A DNA stretch of 63,959 nt, the filler included, from Nanobdellota archaeon (GTDB taxonomy: Archaea > Nanobdellota > Nanobdellia > Woesearchaeales > CAZZGN01), in the NCBI GenBank assembly GCA_051819665.1. It is 4 parts of 4 records of this genome, joined end to end, with 100 filler letters (N's around TTAATTAATTAA, not from the genome) between each part and the next. Parts side by side here need not be neighbours in the genome. Positions count along the whole stretch, not along the records: positions 53,128 to 63,959 come from JBNJDG010000034.1; 3 more parts are not named here. One strand, given 5' to 3'. The translations under genes were made by a program, and so were the position numbers. The notes under the pieces were generated by a model. It was not told the origin of the DNA. It ran no database searches and saw only the letters and a program-made list of their open reading frames with translations. Within the stretch, counting starts at the first letter, position 1, and every line of letters starts with the position of its first letter. Shown here piece after piece: positions 59,898 to 63,959 of the stretch.

Positions 59898-62505
59898 AGC
59901 CTTCCATCTCCTCCGGATCATAGATGTTCCTGCCATCAAGGACATTAGGTTTCTTCATGAGCTTCTTCATCCTTTCGAAATCAGGCTGCCTGAACTCGTC
60001 CCATTCGGTGACTATGATAAGAGCATCAGCATCTTTGAGAGCATCGTACTTGTTATCAACCAGCTCTACATCCACACCTGCCTGCTTCACATTATCCATG
60101 GCTTCCGGATCGAAAGCAGAAACCTCGGCGAATTCGTTCTTCAGCTGATCTATGATCACCAGAGAAGGGGCTTCCCTTATATCATCCGTCCTCGGCTTGA
60201 AAGACAGACCCCAGAGAGCTATCTTCTTGCCGTCAAGATCACCGAGCATCTTCTTCAGTTTAGGGACTATGCTCTTCTTCTGCCTCTCGTTAATATAATC
60301 AACAGCCCTGATTATGTTTGAAGTCAGGCCTTCTTTCTCAAGAGACTGCGACAGGGCCCTTACGTCCTTCGGGAAGCAGTTATGCACAAGAATGCCGTGG
60401 CTCGTGAAAAACTTTTCCGTGCCCTCAACCTCTACACTGTATACATCCGTCTCTTCATATCTCTTATTCAACTCACTTATCTCTGTGAAACATGCACCTT
60501 TCTTCCTTGAAAAACCGACGCTCTTTATATCCTTACATCCTTTCAATACATCAGCGACCTTCTTCTGTGTTCTCCTGTCCTTGAAACCTGGAAGTTTCTC
60601 GACCTGTTTTTTTGTGGAAACCCTGAAGAAGTGTGCCGGGCCTGTACTTTTTGTGGAGCGGGAAGTCTTATAGCTCGGCACGATCCCCTCAGACAGGAGC
60701 AGGAGTATGCTCTTATGCACAAGGTCATAGCTTATGCTCCCGAAATCATACACGACCGAGTTCGTATCCTTCGGGAAGGCTACATGTCCGTCCCCCCTGA
60801 AAAGGGCCCTGAGAAAATCCATCTTATACGGTGAATTGAATACCACATCCGGCACATCAGCTGTATATGAATCCCTTCCGCATCCAAGATGATCTTCCAG
60901 AAGATAGGCAAGTATCCTCGACGAGGTGGTTATCGAAGTAGTGTTATTCTCCTTATAGTCAGAGACAGTATAATTTATTTTCAGCCTGTCGTATATCTTC
61001 TTGATATCATCAATGTACTCTTTCTCGTTCATATTAAATGAGACAGTTATCCTTTTCCTTGTCCCTCTCAATCCGCCTTCTGTATTTATGTGGCCTTCAC
61101 TTATATAATAGCCCAATAACCTCATGAAATCAGAATCCAGATCAATAACAGTAGGAACATAAGAGGCTTTGCCCTTGGCAGTGAATAAGAGCATGTTCCC
61201 GCGCGAATAATTTTCTTCTACAGAGAGGAATTCAGTGAGGTTCATGCAATTGCTCCTTACTATATCACCAAGCCGGTCGGCAGAGAAATTGCCTTTCAGT
61301 CTCTCTTTCGTGAATTTTCCCTTCTTAGGTCTGACCTTCACCTTATCAAAATCGAACAGATCCTTATCAAGCATATCTATAAGATCCAGTTTATCAAGAG
61401 ACTCTGTCCTGGGAAATCCCGATAGGGAAGGGAGCTTATCTTTAAGGGTAAGATCCCCGGCTAGCTTTACATTAAAATCATCAACGATCATCGGATGATC
61501 ATCTGTGACCCTGACCGTCTTGTTCATCCTGGTCTTCACTTCAACTATATTGCCCTTAAACTTCCTTCTGGTAAAGTTTTTGACCTTCCTGAACACAGGT
61601 TTTTTCTTACCGGTATCGAAGCTTAATATCTCAATACCTTTTTTATCACCTATGTCCTTTATAGGGACTGGCCTGATCATGCCATCCTCTTTCACGATGA
61701 CTGTCTCCTCACCCTTAAGGCATGAACCACCGTAACCAATGCCTGCCTGTAAAAAGCGAGGACCTATCCTCGGATCCAACCCCATGCCCTTAGACACATG
61801 CTTTATGTCAGCGCCTATCTTCTCACAAAGGTGAGATAGTTCGTTCATGAAGCTTATCCTTGTAGCTAACATTGCATTAGAAGCATACTTGATTAACTCC
61901 GAGCTTTTAACATCAGTGAACATGACAGGCCTGCCTACCCTTGAGACTGACCTGTAGAGCTTCTCCATAAGTGTCTTTGCCTTCTCGGAATCACAACCGA
62001 TGACGACCCTGTCCGGATTTCTGAAATCCTTGATGGCTGCACCTTCCCTCAAAAATTCAGGGTTCGAGACAACGTCAAAATCTGCATCGGGATTCTTCTC
62101 CCTTATCTTCCTCTTCACCTTTTCGGCAGTACCAACGGGGACTGTTGATTTGTCCACGATCACCTTATAGCCGTTTATGTTCTCCGCAATATCCTCCGCA
62201 ACCGAGAAAACATACTTCAGGTCGGCATCACCCTTCTCATCCTGGGGCGTTCCCACACTGATGAAGATTATATCGGATTCCTGGACAGCCTTCTTCTTAT
62301 CATCAGTGAAAGCAAGCCTGTCTTCCTTCAGGTTCCTGTCGACAAGTTCCTTGAGACCGGGCTCATATATGGGGATCTCCCCTTTGCTCAACTTATCCAC
62401 TTTCTCCTTGTCAATATCAAGACAGATGACATCATTGCCCATATCCGCAAAACATGTACCGCTGACCAAACCGACATAACCCGTACCGACCATAGTGATT
62501 TTCAT
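59866..62505 (-). CDS. ugd: UDP-glucose 6-dehydrogenase containing an intein
   Basis: GTGYVG, KSTVPVGT, NPEFLREG, GYGGS|CFPKD split by the intein, FKPRTDDIRE. Confidence 0.95.
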   Translation of the reverse strand: MKITMVGTGYVGLVSGTCFADMGNDVICLDIDKEKVDKLSKGEIPIYEPGLKELVDRNLKEDRLAFTDDKKKAVQESDIIFISVGTPQDEKGDADLKYVFSVAEDIAENINGYKVIVDKSTVPVGTAEKVKRKIREKNPDADFDVVSNPEFLREGAAIKDFRNPDRVVIGCDSEKAKTLMEKLYRSVSRVGRPVMFTDVKSSELIKYASNAMLATRISFMNELSHLCEKIGADIKHVSKGMGLDPRIGPRFLQAGIGYGGSCLKGEETVIVKEDGMIRPVPIKDIGDKKGIEILSFDTGKKKPVFRKVKNFTRRKFKGNIVEVKTRMNKTVRVTDDHPMIVDDFNVKLAGDLTLKDKLPSLSGFPRTESLDKLDLIDMLDKDLFDFDKVKVRPKKGKFTKERLKGNFSADRLGDIVRSNCMNLTEFLSVEENYSRGNMLLFTAKGKASYVPTVIDLDSDFMRLLGYYISEGHINTEGGLRGTRKRITVSFNMNEKEYIDDIKKIYDRLKINYTVSDYKENNTTSITTSSRILAYLLEDHLGCGRDSYTADVPDVVFNSPYKMDFLRALFRGDGHVAFPKDTNSVVYDFGSISYDLVHKSILLLLSEGIVPSYKTSRSTKSTGPAHFFRVSTKKQVEKLPGFKDRRTQKKVADVLKGCKDIKSVGFSRKKGACFTEISELNKRYEETDVYSVEVEGTEKFFTSHGILVHNCFPKDVRALSQSLEKEGLTSNIIRAVDYINERQKKSIVPKLKKMLGDLDGKKIALWGLSFKPRTDDIREAPSLVIIDQLKNEFAEVSAFDPEAMDNVKQAGVDVELVDNKYDALKDADALIIVTEWDEFRQPDFERMKKLMKKPNVLDGRNIYDPEEMEGFNYLSVGRSD
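60379..61722 (-). mobile_element. 448-aa intein with LAGLIDADG homing endonuclease
   Basis: Starts CLKGEET; block B VTDDHP; LLGYYISEG and FLRALFRGDG motifs; ends VHN followed by Cys+1. Confidence 0.93.
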
Positions 62506-62550
62506 TGTAAGCAAGAATGTAAGAAGAATATTTAAAAAGCTTATGAATCT

Positions 62551-63273
62551 TTATTTTACCACAAAGAACGGGTTCTTAAGGCTCTCCTTGTTATACTTCA
62601 AGGGCTTGTTTGTAGAAACATCATAAACTTCCCTGCCGGCTCCCCTGACGACTGCATGAGCCGCCGCCGTATCCCATTCCATAGTAGGACCTAATCTTGG
62701 ATATATGTCTGCAGAGCCTTCGGCGACAGCACATAGTTTCAGTGAACTTCCTCTTGAGATAAGCTCATAGTCAGAGGTGATCTTCTCGATGTATTCCTTT
62801 GTCTCATCGTTGAAATGTGACCTGCTCGCGACAACAACGAAATTATCCCTCTCCTTCCCGAAAGGAAGCTCTTCGCCGTCAAGATAACTCTTCCCATTAT
62901 AAGAATAATACATCTGATCCTTTACAGGAACATAGACTACACCAAAAGTCGGCTCACCATCCTCTATAAGCGCTATGTTCACAGTGAACTCGCCGTTCCT
63001 CTTGATGAACTCTTTCGTACCGTCCAGAGGATCAATGAGCCAGAACTTATCCCAGCCCTTACGTTCCTCATGATCGACCTCTTTGGTCTCTTCAGAAAGT
63101 ATAGGATGGTCAGAGATCTTCTTCAGTCCGTCCACGATGACCTCATTTGAGGCCAAGTCTGCTTCAGTGAGAGGGCTCTTATCATCCTTGTACTCTGTTT
63201 CAAAATCCTTATTGTATATCTCAAGGGTCTTCTCTCCCGCTTTCCTGGCAATATCTTTTATGTCTTCTATCAT
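62551..63273 (-). CDS. cysQ: 3'(2'),5'-bisphosphate nucleotidase
   Basis: SPLTEAD, SEE, IDPLDGTKEF, GSSLK, EWDTAA. Confidence 0.93.
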   Translation of the reverse strand: MIEDIKDIARKAGEKTLEIYNKDFETEYKDDKSPLTEADLASNEVIVDGLKKISDHPILSEETKEVDHEERKGWDKFWLIDPLDGTKEFIKRNGEFTVNIALIEDGEPTFGVVYVPVKDQMYYSYNGKSYLDGEELPFGKERDNFVVVASRSHFNDETKEYIEKITSDYELISRGSSLKLCAVAEGSADIYPRLGPTMEWDTAAAHAVVRGAGREVYDVSTNKPLKYNKESLKNPFFVVK

Positions 63274-63298
63274 GATTCTCTTTAACTTCCGCAGAGGT

Positions 63299-63535
63299 TT
63301 ATATATTTAACCCCTGGTTCTTTGTAACCGAACCTCTTTTCGTAATCATCATGAAGCTCTTAGGGATCAATCTTTTTGGAATTTGTATTCCACAAAACGC
63401 ATTCTTTTCGATATTATCAAAGGCCTTGTTTATCGATTTGAAAAGCTCTCTTTCAGACTTATCACCTTGTTCAAGCTTATAGAACGCTTCCAGAATATCC
63501 TGATCCGCAAATCTTATGTTTGAAGGAAGTTTCAT
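63299..63535 (-). pseudogene. RelE-like toxin with internal deletion
   Basis: N-terminal half ends at GIQIPKRLIPK; a typical C-terminus HDDYEKRFGY follows at once in another frame. Confidence 0.55.
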
Positions 63536-63822
63536 TTGTGCCTACCGAGTTCTTTATCATCATAATATCTTTTAGCCATTTCGGGATAATATATCCATCC
63601 GACCTTCCCTTCCGAATCAATAGATACCTTTCCTGAATATATCAGATATTCAATTATCACATTAAATGTCTGATACATCATCTTCTTGGGCAAAGACCCC
63701 CAAAGTTTACGTTTCCTGAACTCCCCGTCATGCTCTCTTATGTGGTCCTCAACCATCAACACTGTATCAAGACGGGGGAACCTCAAGATACTTTTTCCGG
63801 CCATGAAATCAGTGGTCACCAT
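63532..63822 (-). CDS. Small winged-helix protein, antitoxin-like partner
   Basis: PRLDTVLMVE...LPKKMMYQTF..I..YL..SGK; ATGA-coupled to the toxin remnant. Confidence 0.65.
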   Translation of the reverse strand: MVTTDFMAGKSILRFPRLDTVLMVEDHIREHDGEFRKRKLWGSLPKKMMYQTFNVIIEYLIYSGKVSIDSEGKVGWIYYPEMAKRYYDDKELGRHK

Positions 63823-63959
63823 GTTATATCATCGGATATAATAAGAGTATTTAAGATTTACGTATCATAAACCCTAAGATACCCCCTTAGAGGTATAGAG
63901 TTGATTACATTATTCTTAAGTTCTCCTGACAAATTCTCGAAATTTTCAGTGAAAAAAAT

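Noticed and set aside
63824..63955. TTATATC-ATCG-GATATAA and other weak palindromes at the window end
   Set aside because: Arm orientation is opposite to archaeal dif; probably operators of the adjacent TA pair, and too degenerate to call.

Overview
Archaeal genome sequence, most likely a DPANN (Woesearchaeota-like) metagenome bin. The taxonomy is inferred from archaeal informational genes (aRF1, exosome/proteasome cluster, Cbf5, aIF5A, eS1, RpoK) alongside bacterial-type MetK, GyrB and RsmI. The window is four contigs joined by artificial 100-nt N/TTAATTAATTAA linkers (1-17758, 17859-35602, 35703-53027, 53128-63959), so adjacency across linkers is meaningless. Most of it is housekeeping. Main finding: an accessory array at 53.1-57.5 kb in which toxin-antitoxin, nucleotidyltransferase and ORF6N modules are separated by seven copies of a ~25-bp palindrome that is also the coding sequence of the ORF6N LRSQFVTS motif. 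The array also has duplicated gene 3' ends, and most toxin/nuclease genes there look disabled by internal deletion, fusion or nonsense mutation. Other notable items: a Fic gene bracketed by 43-bp hairpin direct repeats; a three-gene RecJ-like / RecB-like nuclease / unknown operon; two divergent intron-containing tRNA-Met genes (one with a D-loop intron); a cysteine-free eL40 missed by the ORF track; an intein in UDP-glucose dehydrogenase; a coiled-coil/AAA+ pair; and an IS481-family element. All family calls come from motif recognition by eye, with no database searches.
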